This document shows, one piece after another, positions 1-9,720 of a stretch of 58,296 bases of DNA. The position numbers and the translations under genes were made by a program. This stretch comes from a virus: the IMG/VR virus record IMGVR_UViG_3300029240_000011; one strand, written 5' to 3'. Position 1 is the stretch's first letter. Each line of letters begins with the position of its first letter. The notes under the pieces were generated by a model. It made no database searches. It was not told where the DNA came from and saw only the letters and a program-made list of their open reading frames with translations.

Positions 1-99
1 CGCATCAATTTGTTCCCAAGTTAGACCTAACTGATCCTGTTCCTCCCAATTTCGCGGTCGCAAACTCGGGCCACCTGGTAAAATTTCGCTTCCGGACCA
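1..99. repeat. 99-bp terminal overlap identical to 58198..58296 (circular closure or terminal redundancy)
   Basis: Read directly: both strings are identical. One ORF reads continuously across the junction. Confidence 0.95.
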
Positions 100-138
100 T
101 GCTGAAAACTGACCGGAACGGATCTGTTTTTCTGCCAT
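1..138 (-). CDS. 5' part of junction-spanning tail-region gene (ATG at 138; bases 100-138 are unique; continues as 58060..58296; ~91 aa in total)
   Basis: Translating minus from 138 gives MAEKQIRSGQFSAWSGSEILPGGPSLRPRNWEEQDQ..., which joins the 58060..58260 track ORF in frame. Confidence 0.75.
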   Translation of the reverse strand, partial: MAEKQIRSGQFSAWSGSEILPGGPSLRPRNWEEQDQLGLTWEQIDA

Positions 139-139
139 A

Positions 140-418
140 TCAAATCACCCGAATCCGAATTGCTTTTTTCACAATTTCCGATCCAACCTGAAAGGTAAAG
201 GTAAGGTTGTATACCGTGCGCCGTTTAGGCTGTATTTCGCAGCGCAAGTTCCAATAAGATCCGTCCTGCTCTGGGAGAATCGTCCCCTGGGCCTCTTTGG
301 AATCCGTATAGCTCAAATCCCATTCGCAATTCTGCGGTGTAAATGCTGCATTGTCTTTCAGCCAGATTTTAAGCGTGATCGCTCTGCGCTCTCCAAGCTG
401 TAAAACTTTCTCTTCCAT
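140..418 (-). CDS. hypothetical tail-fibre-region protein (92 aa)
   Basis: Track ORF 140..424. GGAGG lies 6 nt upstream of ATG 418. Tightly packed in the tail block. Confidence 0.6.
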   Translation of the reverse strand: MEEKVLQLGERRAITLKIWLKDNAAFTPQNCEWDLSYTDSKEAQGTILPEQDGSYWNLRCEIQPKRRTVYNLTFTFQVGSEIVKKAIRIRVI

Positions 419-420
419 TT

Positions 421-789
421 TCACCCTCCAACCACTTCATATTGTGTGAGTTCTGCTCTATACTCATTTATCCAAAAGGAACTGCAATAATCTCTTATGC
501 ACGCCTTACTTTTGAAGCGTGACGCACCAAACAGTTCCAAAACCTCTTCCATTGTGAATCCCGCGCCAACTTCCAACACGGAAAAACGAAATTGAAGCAA
601 ATCAAGATCCACTGTGACCTTGACAGCTGCAAAATAGGTTCGGTTCCCTGCTTCATCCTCTGCCCACAATTCAAAAATATAAGTATTATCTTCCGATGCC
701 GGGACGGTGGTTTCCCACCGCCCCGTATACTCATTCAGGGTAAACACAATCTCAACGTTATCGCATTTCCCATATACCCGTTTGACCAT
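421..789 (-). CDS. hypothetical tail-fibre-region protein (122 aa)
   Basis: Track ORF. ATG sits 1 nt after the upstream stop, suggesting operon packing. Confidence 0.6.
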   Translation of the reverse strand: MVKRVYGKCDNVEIVFTLNEYTGRWETTVPASEDNTYIFELWAEDEAGNRTYFAAVKVTVDLDLLQFRFSVLEVGAGFTMEEVLELFGASRFKSKACIRDYCSSFWINEYRAELTQYEVVGG

Positions 790-790
790 G

Positions 791-1696
791 TCAGGAATCT
801 GTCACAGTAACAGATACGATATACGTTGCGCCGGCATCTACAGGATTAGGTGTCAACGTAATAGCCGTAATCACCGGAGCACCCGTATCGAGTACAACCG
901 ACCGCTCTACCGTGGTGCTCTTGCCAGCACTGTCAGTTGCAACAACCCGGATGGTATTGCTGCCCTCTGCCAGCGTAACATTAATCGAGAACGCTCCATC
1001 CGGTGCGACCTCTGCCGACTGTGCGATTCCTCCATTCACCTGTACCTTAACGGTGACCGGCGAAGAGGTTGCGTCGTTGGTGTTTCCGGAAACCAGAATG
1101 CTGCTCTGATTGGTGACCAGACCATCAGCCGGAGACGTAATAACCAGCGTGGGCGGAATCGTATCCACAGTAAATGTGACGCTGGCCTGTGTTGCAGTGT
1201 TCCCGTCGTGATCGCTTACATTGAAATATACGGTATGTGAACCCTCTCCAAGCGCTTCCGAAGGCGTATATGTACAGGCATATCCATTGGAAATGGAAGA
1301 CGTTTCAATCCCGCTTGTTACAGCAGTATTCCCATCGATCTTGATTGAAATGCTGCTTGTATCAATCCCGCTTCCGGTATCCGTCACATTCCACTTGAAC
1401 ACTGGGGCTGCACTGGTGATATAAGCGCCTGCGGTCGGATATGTTACCGCAATGAAAGGTTTCTCCTTTTCAAGGACACGTAGCTTTAATTCCTCAAACT
1501 CATCCTTTGTCGCTGTGACCCGGTTCCCTGCATTATCTTCTGCGGTAACTGTCCCATAAAACTTGTGTTCTTCATTTTCGTTGTAGCTGGTCGTGGACGG
1601 AGCAGTAATAGTAGCTTTGTACTGCTGGCTTCCCGCATCATAGGTCAGATCATAGGTCTGCCCATTGATAGAAAACTGAACTTTTTTGACTGACAT
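791..1696 (-). CDS. tail protein with tandem Ig-like (Big-type) domains
   Basis: 301 aa rich in T/S/V beta-repeat segments (VTDTGSGID, VTVKVQVNG, VVATDSAGKS). AAGGAGG SD. C-terminal LTPNPVDAGATYIVSVTV module is shared with the junction gene. Confidence 0.6.
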   Translation of the reverse strand: MSVKKVQFSINGQTYDLTYDAGSQQYKATITAPSTTSYNENEEHKFYGTVTAEDNAGNRVTATKDEFEELKLRVLEKEKPFIAVTYPTAGAYITSAAPVFKWNVTDTGSGIDTSSISIKIDGNTAVTSGIETSSISNGYACTYTPSEALGEGSHTVYFNVSDHDGNTATQASVTFTVDTIPPTLVITSPADGLVTNQSSILVSGNTNDATSSPVTVKVQVNGGIAQSAEVAPDGAFSINVTLAEGSNTIRVVATDSAGKSTTVERSVVLDTGAPVITAITLTPNPVDAGATYIVSVTVTDS

Positions 1697-1707
1697 AAGT
1701 TCCTCCT

Positions 1708-3252
1708 TTATGCTTCCGCCCGGCCTTCATAAGTCCCGCGGAATGCTCCATTATAGGTGTATTTAATGGATGTAACCAGAACCGTGCTCTGTGCGAACTG
1801 ATTTTCATTGCTCACCCTATCCAAAGCGTCCAATCTCGGATCTGCCCGGAATTCCCCGCTCAGAATGCGTCGGTTCTTCAAGTAGTTTCCGATCCATGTA
1901 GCAACCGTTTCAGCCCGTTCAGCCGATACCAGAGGATTGTTCACATCCTGCGTTTCTCCTGCGCTCCCAAAAGAAACCACCGCGGCTCCATCATTGATCG
2001 AAACGGCTTTCAATTGCTTGCTGAGGCTGATTTCAGAATTTTCATAGCTTCGGAACTGGTTTATTTCATAATCGGTAACTCCACTGGGCAGCGGTTCAAT
2101 ATGGTAAATACCTCCCCTGTCCTGATAGAACACACAACAGGCCGCGTTCGCTACATACTGCAGCACCTCGGCAATTGTATTTCCGTCCAGGCTTGCCCCC
2201 TCAGGAGCATGGATTGTTTCAAGTGACACATCAACGATCCACCGGTTGCTCCCGTCTTTCTGCTTTGGCAATGCAGCCTGTTCAAATGCAGCTGTCGCAA
2301 TCTCAAGAAGCGTTCCCTCAACCGGTCCGGAATAGGTATCCGTCATAAGTTCCTGCATATCGCGCGCCTTAAAGCTGGCTGTAATACCGTTTTGCGGCGT
2401 GTCCCATTCGCTCATGTAAAATGTTCCAGCCGGGATCCATTCAATAGCGCCGTCGATGAGATACCCATAACGTGCCGTTATCTCCTGCCGCTCCATTAAA
2501 TATTTCTCAGCGCCTTGCGGATTATCCGGGTTATACTGCCCGTTCAGATTGGAGATCGAAAACTCGATTTCAATGGTTGGAAGCGCAGCAGAAACGGGAT
2601 CAACCTCTATGGTGTGGCTGTAGTTCATCAGTTCGGTTTTGGAATATGTCTGTTTAATGCCAACCAGAATATTGGAAATCCTCGCTCTATGGTGGGGAAG
2701 GCACCATCTTGTAATCTGTATGACGATCTTGTCGTATTCCTCTATATCCAGATTTACAACAGAAGAAACGTTCCGGTTCCCCGTGACAGTGGCCGAAGCA
2801 GATACAGCTTCCCCACTGTATGCCGTCACAATAAAACTGTCTGCATACTCTCCATATGCCGTTCCCCAATCAATGGTTATGCCTGGAATTACACTGGTGA
2901 ACAACTTTGAAAACGAAATCGTAATGGTGGGAATACTCGAAAAGGAGCCATCGTCACCGCTGAGAACGTCCCCGATGTATCCGGTATCCCCATATGGCGG
3001 CGCATCCGGAAGAATGATCCGGTTGCTGCTCAGGAGCCAGCTGTTAAGCTCCAACGAAGCATATGGAAGCACGTTTTTATCTGTACCGTCCACAATCTGC
3101 GGCGTATTGGAAATTTCATCTGATCCGTTGTCACTGACCGATGCATCCTCCTGTGATTCCGGATCGCCTACATTCAAGATAACCTCAACATAGCTTTCCC
3201 CCACAAGATATTGCTCTTGGTTGTCTTTCCACTTCTGCGATACATTCTGCAT
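1708..3252 (-). CDS. tail-associated (Tal-like / minor structural) protein
   Basis: 514 aa, second gene after the tape measure gene. Call is based on position and size only. Confidence 0.55.
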   Translation of the reverse strand: MQNVSQKWKDNQEQYLVGESYVEVILNVGDPESQEDASVSDNGSDEISNTPQIVDGTDKNVLPYASLELNSWLLSSNRIILPDAPPYGDTGYIGDVLSGDDGSFSSIPTITISFSKLFTSVIPGITIDWGTAYGEYADSFIVTAYSGEAVSASATVTGNRNVSSVVNLDIEEYDKIVIQITRWCLPHHRARISNILVGIKQTYSKTELMNYSHTIEVDPVSAALPTIEIEFSISNLNGQYNPDNPQGAEKYLMERQEITARYGYLIDGAIEWIPAGTFYMSEWDTPQNGITASFKARDMQELMTDTYSGPVEGTLLEIATAAFEQAALPKQKDGSNRWIVDVSLETIHAPEGASLDGNTIAEVLQYVANAACCVFYQDRGGIYHIEPLPSGVTDYEINQFRSYENSEISLSKQLKAVSINDGAAVVSFGSAGETQDVNNPLVSAERAETVATWIGNYLKNRRILSGEFRADPRLDALDRVSNENQFAQSTVLVTSIKYTYNGAFRGTYEGRAEA

Positions 3253-3255
3253 AGC

Positions 3256-3621
3256 TTATACCTCGATCAGTGAAAGCTTCGCCCCTGTGTACCCTTTGAT
3301 ACTCCCATCCGGATTGCGAAGAAATACGCTGGCGGTTCTATCTCCAACATACATCGTCCGTGTTTCCCACTTGTTGGAATCTTGGCAAAAGAACGTTACA
3401 CTGTTGAAAAAACTTTTGTTAAATAGAGACATCACATTCGCCCAATCCTGAGCAGATATAAAATTCCAGCTCAGTTCCACCTTTGCAATTCCACTGCGGA
3501 TGACACTTGCAATGACATAGCCTTTCACGTTTCTTCCGCTGTCCACCACTGTGCTTGTTGTAGCACTGTATGTCGACGGTTCGGGGAGTGCCGTCCCTGC
3601 TACCGTTACCATTGAGCGCAT
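3256..3621 (-). CDS. small distal-tail-type protein
   Basis: 121 aa. ATG overlaps the tape measure stop (TAATG). Positional call. Confidence 0.5.
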   Translation of the reverse strand: MRSMVTVAGTALPEPSTYSATTSTVVDSGRNVKGYVIASVIRSGIAKVELSWNFISAQDWANVMSLFNKSFFNSVTFFCQDSNKWETRTMYVGDRTASVFLRNPDGSIKGYTGAKLSLIEV

Positions 3622-6600
3622 TACACGACACCCCCGATCAAAATATTCGCTCCGCTGCTGCGGCTGGCCTTGTCTACAGATTTCTTGAGCTGCTTCCCGT
3701 CCAAGTACACCCCAGACTTATTTAGGATGGCGCGCAGCAGCTCATTCTGCTCCTGCAAAAGAGCGTTTTGCTCTGCATTTGCATCGGCCACACCGTAGCG
3801 GATGCCTTCCACGATCTGCGCGTTGTTGGCAACCGCAGTTCGCTTCCCGATTTGTCCCACCAACTCAGGGCCAGCTTCCCGCGCCAAAAACAGTTCCCCT
3901 GTATCTGGGAATCCGCCGGAAGCATATCCCTTTGTGCTCCCAGATCCGCCCGAAACGTTTCGGGTCACAATCGTATGTACGGTTGTAATGTTGCGAGGAA
4001 TTGCATTAAGAGCACTGATAATGGACTGAATTTGCGCGTTGCTCTGTTTCGCCATTGTGCGGAAGTTATTTGTTGTCTGTGTGATAAAAGTCTTCAGTGC
4101 TGTGTCTACCGTCTCGATGGAGGCAAGGACATCCGTTTTAATGCTTTCCGTAGAAGTCTTTGTCTGGATGACAAATTCGGAATAATCGGTATTCATTGCA
4201 TCTGTCTGCACGCTGAACTGATCTGCCACCTGCTGGAACTGATCCGTGACACCAGTGAAATCAAAGGTCTTTTCCCAGTTGAGTCCTTCGCCATCGATTT
4301 TCGCATTGCGGATGGTTTCCAGCCGCGCAGCCTCTTCAAAGTCTCCGGATTCTTTCGCCGCGTTAATCAGTGCCATGTAGTTTGTACCGGGGTCATAGGA
4401 AATTCCATTGAACACCTTTTGCACGCTGTCCGCGATCCCCTGCGCCGCCGCTGTGATGGCGGGTGTGCTCTGAGAAATACCCTTTGCAATATCAGAACCC
4501 AAACTAACTCCAATGCCTTTAGCATCTCCAAAACCAATAATGTATCCTTGACGGGAATCAAGTCCTGATTCTTCAAATGCTTTAGAAGGCGAATGCGAAT
4601 CAATTCCTTCTTTGCTCCTAAATCCGGCAAGTAACAGTTGCGCAAAATCTTTACCTGTATCCCATAAAGAACCGAGTCCCTTTACAAGGCCATCAATAGC
4701 ATCTTGACCAAGCTGCTTCCACGTTTCGAGAGAAAAAAGAGGTTTCACTTTTTCATTGTACCAGTTCGAAATATTGGTTGTGATTTCGTTAAACTTCTTT
4801 GCAGCAAATTGGGGCAGCCAATCGCAAAATTCTTCCCAAGCATTCCCAATAAAATCCATTGCATTGTTAAAATTGGTTCGTACACTCTCAAGCCCTTCGC
4901 TTGTTAAAGTCTTTACATTCTCCCAAATAGGCGCCCAATCTTCTACAACTCCTTCGCAAAACAGATCCCAATGGGATTTCATCTCTCCGGTTTCCAAATC
5001 AATATATTTGGACATCTCACCAAGTTCAGTTTGCGCAGTAATTTTAGTCGCTTCAAATGTTTCTTCTGCTTTTGACTTCGCTGCTTCCAGATTACTTTCT
5101 GCCGCTCTCCTCATATCACCATATGCTGCATCTGTAATCAACCCGGCATCTTTTAGCTTTTGCAACTGAAAAATTGTGTCATTATATAGGGATTCAGCTG
5201 CAGCAACAGATTCATCTCTTGCAGAAGCAGCATTCTTTATAATCTCAGCTGCTTGCAACGCTGTTAGATCAGCAGCATTATCTTTCATGTTCTGCAAAAT
5301 AACATTTGCTTCTGTTTGGGTATCAGATAAATATTGAATTCCCGTATCCTTCATAGACGCTTGAATACTGGAAATTTGCGCTGCTTCTTCTGCAGTTAAA
5401 GCCCTATTCTCAGCAGCTGCCGCAGCAATAATTTTGTTAATTTCTGCTTCGCCATCTGTAACTGCCTTGATTTGCTCATCATATCCCCTGGCAACATTTG
5501 CACTGTATTCAGCGAATTTATCAGCCCCCAAAGCATTCCTCAACGGCTCCAAGTTTTTAAGCGCTTCGTTTTTATCAGCACTTAGAGAATTTACAATCGT
5601 GTCCGTGATACTGCTAAGCTGTGATTGAATATTAGAAACATCTGAGTCTGTGATAACTATATTTCCCCATTCAAGCGTTTTAATGGAGGAATCAAGTGTA
5701 TCCATTGCATCGATAAATGGTTCAACGTTATCTCTTGTCGCCGCGCTTATACTGTCTCCAAATAAGTCTACTGGCTGGATAATGTCCTCTGTCGCTTTTC
5801 CTATGGCTTTGATTCCGAGGACAATCCCCTCAATTGCCAGTCCAGCAGGGCCAAACAGAAGAAGCCCTCCCAGCGTAATAGCCAGATCGCTTACTCGAAT
5901 AAATCCACCTGTTGCATTCTCTAACGCTTCATTGATCCCTTTCCAGCCAAATTCAAAATCTGGGAAAACAGACGACACCAGATTTACAATTGGTTTCGTA
6001 AAATCACCTATAATTTCAATAATCCCCGCAATACCATGCTGAAACAGTTTACTTTTCGTTACCGTATCCAGAAGTCCAGCACCTAAAAGTGCAATTCCAG
6101 AAACTGTAGCAGCTATCGCTGCAATGCACGATGCAAGGCTTGCTCCGCCAGCCCCCATAATAGCTGCGCCGAGTCCGTTCTTGAAAACACCAGAAGTAAG
6201 AAGTTTAGCCAATTTCTCAATAGGTGCATAAACCGCCGGTACGAAGCCAACTAATGCAGGAAGTTTACTGCTCTTGTTTGCTCCTATCAATGCATTTTTT
6301 AACATCAATGCATTGACATATGCCTTTTTCAGTCCAGATGCTAATAGGCCCAAATTACCCAAAAGGGATGGCCCCAGTTTCCACGCAAGAAACCCAGCAG
6401 ATACCAGACCTATAATAGGGAGAATATCTTTGACCTTCTCTTTCAGCTCGTCCACTTGTCTGGTAATGTTTTTCAGCACAGATTCATCCCAAACACTATC
6501 CAGATCCCAGTCTTTTTCCCATCCAGCGCCGCCCACTGCACCACTGCCGCCGGAAGCGCCTGCCCCTGTATCGGGCTTAATAATATTTAATTCGTCAATC

Positions 6601-7997
6601 CCAAGCGTATAATCTTTCAGCTTCTTTGCCGCCGCTGCCGCATCGGACATGCCGTCTGCCATGTCATCTGCCGCCCCAGCGCCAAAATCAATCGCATTGC
6701 CCATGCCTTCCCAATCAGAGTAAGACCAGTCTGTCATCTTGAAGCCGAACAGCTTTGCCAGCGCCTGTGCGAATTCAGTCAAAACTTCTACGACCGCCTG
6801 CACAACTGGAATGATCTTCACCAAAGCAGGAATAAAAATACTTCCGATGGCGCGGGACAGCGACTTAAATTCCATATGTAGAATACGAAGTGCATTTGCT
6901 GGGGACTCCAGTGTTTTTGCCATATCTCCAATGACGCCCATGCGGGCAGACTGCTCCACAATCGCTGTATAGCGAATGATGGCTTTCTGCGCCTGTGTCA
7001 TCGTGCGGATCGACTGGTTTACACCGTGGTCATATGCTACCTGCTGAAGTGTTGCTTCATCCAGCGCATATCCGAGCCTGCGAAGCGGTTCCAATTCACC
7101 TGAAATACCGGACTGGACTTTCGCAAACGCGCCGTCACCAACCGCATCCAAACTGATATTGAAGAACGAAGAAATATCGTAGGAAAGTTCAGTCAGCCCT
7201 TTGGACAGGTTATAGGCCTGATCGTTTGCAAGGCCAAAGCCCTTTGCCATTGACATAAAAATGCCCTGGTTTCTCGTCCATTCAGAAATATCAATGCCGA
7301 GTTTGCTTTGCACCAGCTCTGCATATTCCATCGCTTCGCTGTAATATTCACCCATAGAAACGGAAAACAGATTCATATTTTCCACATAGGCGTTGATATT
7401 TGTAATAAACCCGCTTAGTACATCGGCAACAGCATTAATCCCAAATCCAAACAAAGTAAGGTTGGCAATGCTTTTCAAGCTGAATTTTCCGACGCTGTTA
7501 AAACTGTCTGCCGCCTTTTTATTGGATGCCGTCAAGCCGGAATTGCTTTGAATGATCTTCTGAATGCGGATTGGAAATGCTGCAAATCCCTTCGACACTT
7601 TTTCCATTTCCGCAGCCAACGGAGAAAGTGCAGCCGTTGCTTTCTTGATGGACTGAGCAAATTTATCCATATCCATTTGAGAAAGCTGACTCGAAATATC
7701 CGGAAGTTTTTTCAGTGCATTAATCGTAGAACTAAGGCCGCTCGACTTTTGCACCTCAGAAAGAGCTTTGAGTCCCCTTGCAATTTCAGATAGCTTTGTT
7801 CCGGAATTATCCGATCCAGACAAGGTGGTTTTCAGCCCGTCCAGCTGTTTCTTGATCGTGTTTAACCCGCGGACGCCACCGCTGGTGCTCGTTTTCAGTT
7901 CCTTCAGTGCCTCGGACAGCTTTTTGATATTTTCAGCCGCAGCATCGGACGATGCGCTGATCTCAATTTTGATGCTGTCAATTGTAGCCTCTGCCAT
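3621..7997 (-). CDS. tail tape measure protein (~1458 aa)
   Basis: Giant ORF. Alpha-helical A/E/K/L-rich N and C parts, glycine-rich TM-like middle. GGGGGA SD before ATG 7997. The track ORF extends to 8072 through the 48-bp repeat. Confidence 0.9.
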   Translation of the reverse strand: MAEATIDSIKIEISASSDAAAENIKKLSEALKELKTSTSGGVRGLNTIKKQLDGLKTTLSGSDNSGTKLSEIARGLKALSEVQKSSGLSSTINALKKLPDISSQLSQMDMDKFAQSIKKATAALSPLAAEMEKVSKGFAAFPIRIQKIIQSNSGLTASNKKAADSFNSVGKFSLKSIANLTLFGFGINAVADVLSGFITNINAYVENMNLFSVSMGEYYSEAMEYAELVQSKLGIDISEWTRNQGIFMSMAKGFGLANDQAYNLSKGLTELSYDISSFFNISLDAVGDGAFAKVQSGISGELEPLRRLGYALDEATLQQVAYDHGVNQSIRTMTQAQKAIIRYTAIVEQSARMGVIGDMAKTLESPANALRILHMEFKSLSRAIGSIFIPALVKIIPVVQAVVEVLTEFAQALAKLFGFKMTDWSYSDWEGMGNAIDFGAGAADDMADGMSDAAAAAKKLKDYTLGIDELNIIKPDTGAGASGGSGAVGGAGWEKDWDLDSVWDESVLKNITRQVDELKEKVKDILPIIGLVSAGFLAWKLGPSLLGNLGLLASGLKKAYVNALMLKNALIGANKSSKLPALVGFVPAVYAPIEKLAKLLTSGVFKNGLGAAIMGAGGASLASCIAAIAATVSGIALLGAGLLDTVTKSKLFQHGIAGIIEIIGDFTKPIVNLVSSVFPDFEFGWKGINEALENATGGFIRVSDLAITLGGLLLFGPAGLAIEGIVLGIKAIGKATEDIIQPVDLFGDSISAATRDNVEPFIDAMDTLDSSIKTLEWGNIVITDSDVSNIQSQLSSITDTIVNSLSADKNEALKNLEPLRNALGADKFAEYSANVARGYDEQIKAVTDGEAEINKIIAAAAAENRALTAEEAAQISSIQASMKDTGIQYLSDTQTEANVILQNMKDNAADLTALQAAEIIKNAASARDESVAAAESLYNDTIFQLQKLKDAGLITDAAYGDMRRAAESNLEAAKSKAEETFEATKITAQTELGEMSKYIDLETGEMKSHWDLFCEGVVEDWAPIWENVKTLTSEGLESVRTNFNNAMDFIGNAWEEFCDWLPQFAAKKFNEITTNISNWYNEKVKPLFSLETWKQLGQDAIDGLVKGLGSLWDTGKDFAQLLLAGFRSKEGIDSHSPSKAFEESGLDSRQGYIIGFGDAKGIGVSLGSDIAKGISQSTPAITAAAQGIADSVQKVFNGISYDPGTNYMALINAAKESGDFEEAARLETIRNAKIDGEGLNWEKTFDFTGVTDQFQQVADQFSVQTDAMNTDYSEFVIQTKTSTESIKTDVLASIETVDTALKTFITQTTNNFRTMAKQSNAQIQSIISALNAIPRNITTVHTIVTRNVSGGSGSTKGYASGGFPDTGELFLAREAGPELVGQIGKRTAVANNAQIVEGIRYGVADANAEQNALLQEQNELLRAILNKSGVYLDGKQLKKSVDKASRSSGANILIGGVV

Positions 7998-8026
7998 GTG
8001 CCAATTCCCCCTTTCGGTAAAATAAA

Positions 8027-8074
8027 TGGCACTTGGCACTGTTAGCTCCATCAGGGGAGAGGCACTTGGCACTG
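8027..8074. repeat. 48-bp element, perfect copy of 22031..22078 (two CAGTGCCAAGTGCC units on the minus strand)
   Basis: Read directly. Lies 30 nt upstream of the tape measure ATG. Confidence 0.9.
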
Positions 8075-8138
8075 TAGTAAAATTATGTTAGACTCAGATG
8101 TGTACTATATCAATCAAAAAGGGCTTTCTGTGTTATCG

Positions 8139-8432
8139 TCAATCGAAAATGCAGACAAAGAACGCGCCGAAACAGAAAAACAAAGACGCTATGAGAACAA
8201 AATATCGGCAGCTGGTATATTTGCTAATATTGCAGTCTTTTTTCTTGGGCTTCTCGTCGAACATTTTACCGGGATCTTCCAGGCTGCCCTTTCTGCATTT
8301 GGATAACTTTTCCTGATAGAGCGACCAAAACACATTAAATGTTTCGATTTGATGATGCGTATTATCAAAGAGACCGGATTCTATTGCAGCCAGAAGTGCC
8401 GCTCCTTTTTCTGTTATATAAAATTTCAACAA
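8139..8432 (-). CDS. hypothetical protein with wHTH-like N-terminus (FYITEKGAALLAAIESG) and hydrophobic C-terminus
   Basis: Track ORF. AGGGAGG SD before TTG start. Overlaps an antisense plus-strand ORF, 8085..8306. Confidence 0.45.
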   Translation of the reverse strand: MLKFYITEKGAALLAAIESGLFDNTHHQIETFNVFWSLYQEKLSKCRKGSLEDPGKMFDEKPKKKDCNISKYTSCRYFVLIASLFFCFGAFFVCIFD

Positions 8433-8466
8433 ATCCCTCCCTTATAATGTTTATTGCGTTAAATGT

Positions 8467-8811
8467 TTAAAGGTGTTGTGTTGAGAAATACCACTCTGCC
8501 CATTCTTTATCTGTCCTTCCGAGAGTAAATTTCCACCAACATCTGCTGACTTCTGCTTCACCTATTGCTTTCTCAATTGCCCGTACTGCCGGCGTGATAT
8601 AATATGATTTGGAATGTTGGCCTTTTAAGAATCTTATAATCGGGTTTTTGCTCGAATACGCGCATTTATCAAAATCTTTTGGCTTCTCTCCAATAAAGTC
8701 ATCCCATTCCCAGCAATTAAGCCTGCAATACGCCAAGCCAAGCCTTTCCGTTTGCGTTAATTCTTTTTCCTTACCAGCCCAATATTCAGACCAATCTTCC
8801 CTCACATCCAT
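8467..8811 (-). CDS. hypothetical protein (114 aa, W/C-rich)
   Basis: Track ORF in the moron island. Confidence 0.5.
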   Translation of the reverse strand: MDVREDWSEYWAGKEKELTQTERLGLAYCRLNCWEWDDFIGEKPKDFDKCAYSSKNPIIRFLKGQHSKSYYITPAVRAIEKAIGEAEVSRCWWKFTLGRTDKEWAEWYFSTQHL

Positions 8812-8885
8812 GCGCCTTCTTTCTAAAACTATAAAATCCCCGCCATCCGAATATATGGATAGCGGGGATCTCGATTATTAAATTG

Positions 8886-9434
8886 TTATTCCGCTAAAAG
8901 AGGCGGCTGCTGAAATGCTGTTAAGCAGATCTGTCCGGGGCACTGCATTTCAAGAGACGCAGGAATCGGAACGTTCCAAGTGGAAAACATATCCTTAACC
9001 ATATAGCCTACTTGCTGCGGTGTGCTTCCCATATCCAGCATTACCCTTCTTGTGATGCGAACCAGATTGGCAAGGCCGTTTGGAGAAACCTCTTGAGAGA
9101 TGCGGGTGTGTGGTTTCAACTGCTCGTTCATCTTCTCAAAAGCAGTGACATAGGCCGCTGTAAACAATACGCCTTTCTTTCCGGGCATCTTATTTGCAAT
9201 CATATCACAACCCTTTTTAGTAATTAAAAAACACGGGCGTTCCTGATTGTTGTTATCGATGTAGCTGTTTCCGATGAAGAATGCGCCGTGGGGGAAATTC
9301 CCCTCGGCTAAATACTGTTGGTAAGTGCGGATACTCTTAAGAAGTTCGTTATGGCTTCGCCCTACCATCTGCGCTACGTCCCTGCTGTCTACTACGTCCA
9401 CATCGCGGAAATTAAAAACTTTAAGTTCGTTCAT
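8886..9434 (-). CDS. Rha-family phage regulatory protein (antirepressor-like)
   Basis: From MNELKVFNFRDVDVVDSRDVAQMVGRSHNELLKSIR...ITKKGCDMIANKM, the Rha N-terminal pattern. ATG 9434 directly follows the upstream stop. Confidence 0.7.
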   Translation of the reverse strand: MNELKVFNFRDVDVVDSRDVAQMVGRSHNELLKSIRTYQQYLAEGNFPHGAFFIGNSYIDNNNQERPCFLITKKGCDMIANKMPGKKGVLFTAAYVTAFEKMNEQLKPHTRISQEVSPNGLANLVRITRRVMLDMGSTPQQVGYMVKDMFSTWNVPIPASLEMQCPGQICLTAFQQPPLLAE

Positions 9435-9435
9435 G

Positions 9436-9720
9436 TCAGGCCTCCATTTCACAGAGGAATGCATAGTTTGCAACCTCGTCTCGCAGATCGCTGATGTTCT
9501 CATGCAGCATTTGCAAGGCTTCCCGCCATGTTGGATAACTGGCGCACAGAGCTGCAGCTTTTTCAAGTTCTTCCCTTGTTCCTTCTTTCAATTCAATCGT
9601 GTCAAAGCTGAAAATGTTTTCCAAAATAATTTGGAACATTGCATTGATCTGGGTGAGTTTATTTTCCGTCGCCTCATATCTTGCGACGTTCTCCATGCGA
9701 GAAATGTTTCCACTCTTCAT
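9436..9720 (-). CDS. hypothetical protein (94 aa)
   Basis: AGGAGG SD before ATG 9720 (the track ORF starts further upstream). Confidence 0.5.
   Translation of the reverse strand: MKSGNISRMENVARYEATENKLTQINAMFQIILENIFSFDTIELKEGTREELEKAAALCASYPTWREALQMLHENISDLRDEVANYAFLCEMEA

Noticed and set aside
3722-8025. Many plus-strand and alternate-frame ORFs nested in the tape measure gene (for example 3768..4568, 5650..6042, 6274..6612).
   Set aside because: They lie antisense or out of frame inside a 4.4-kb ORF with clear tape measure character. They have no SD sites, and their composition is typical of shadow ORFs.
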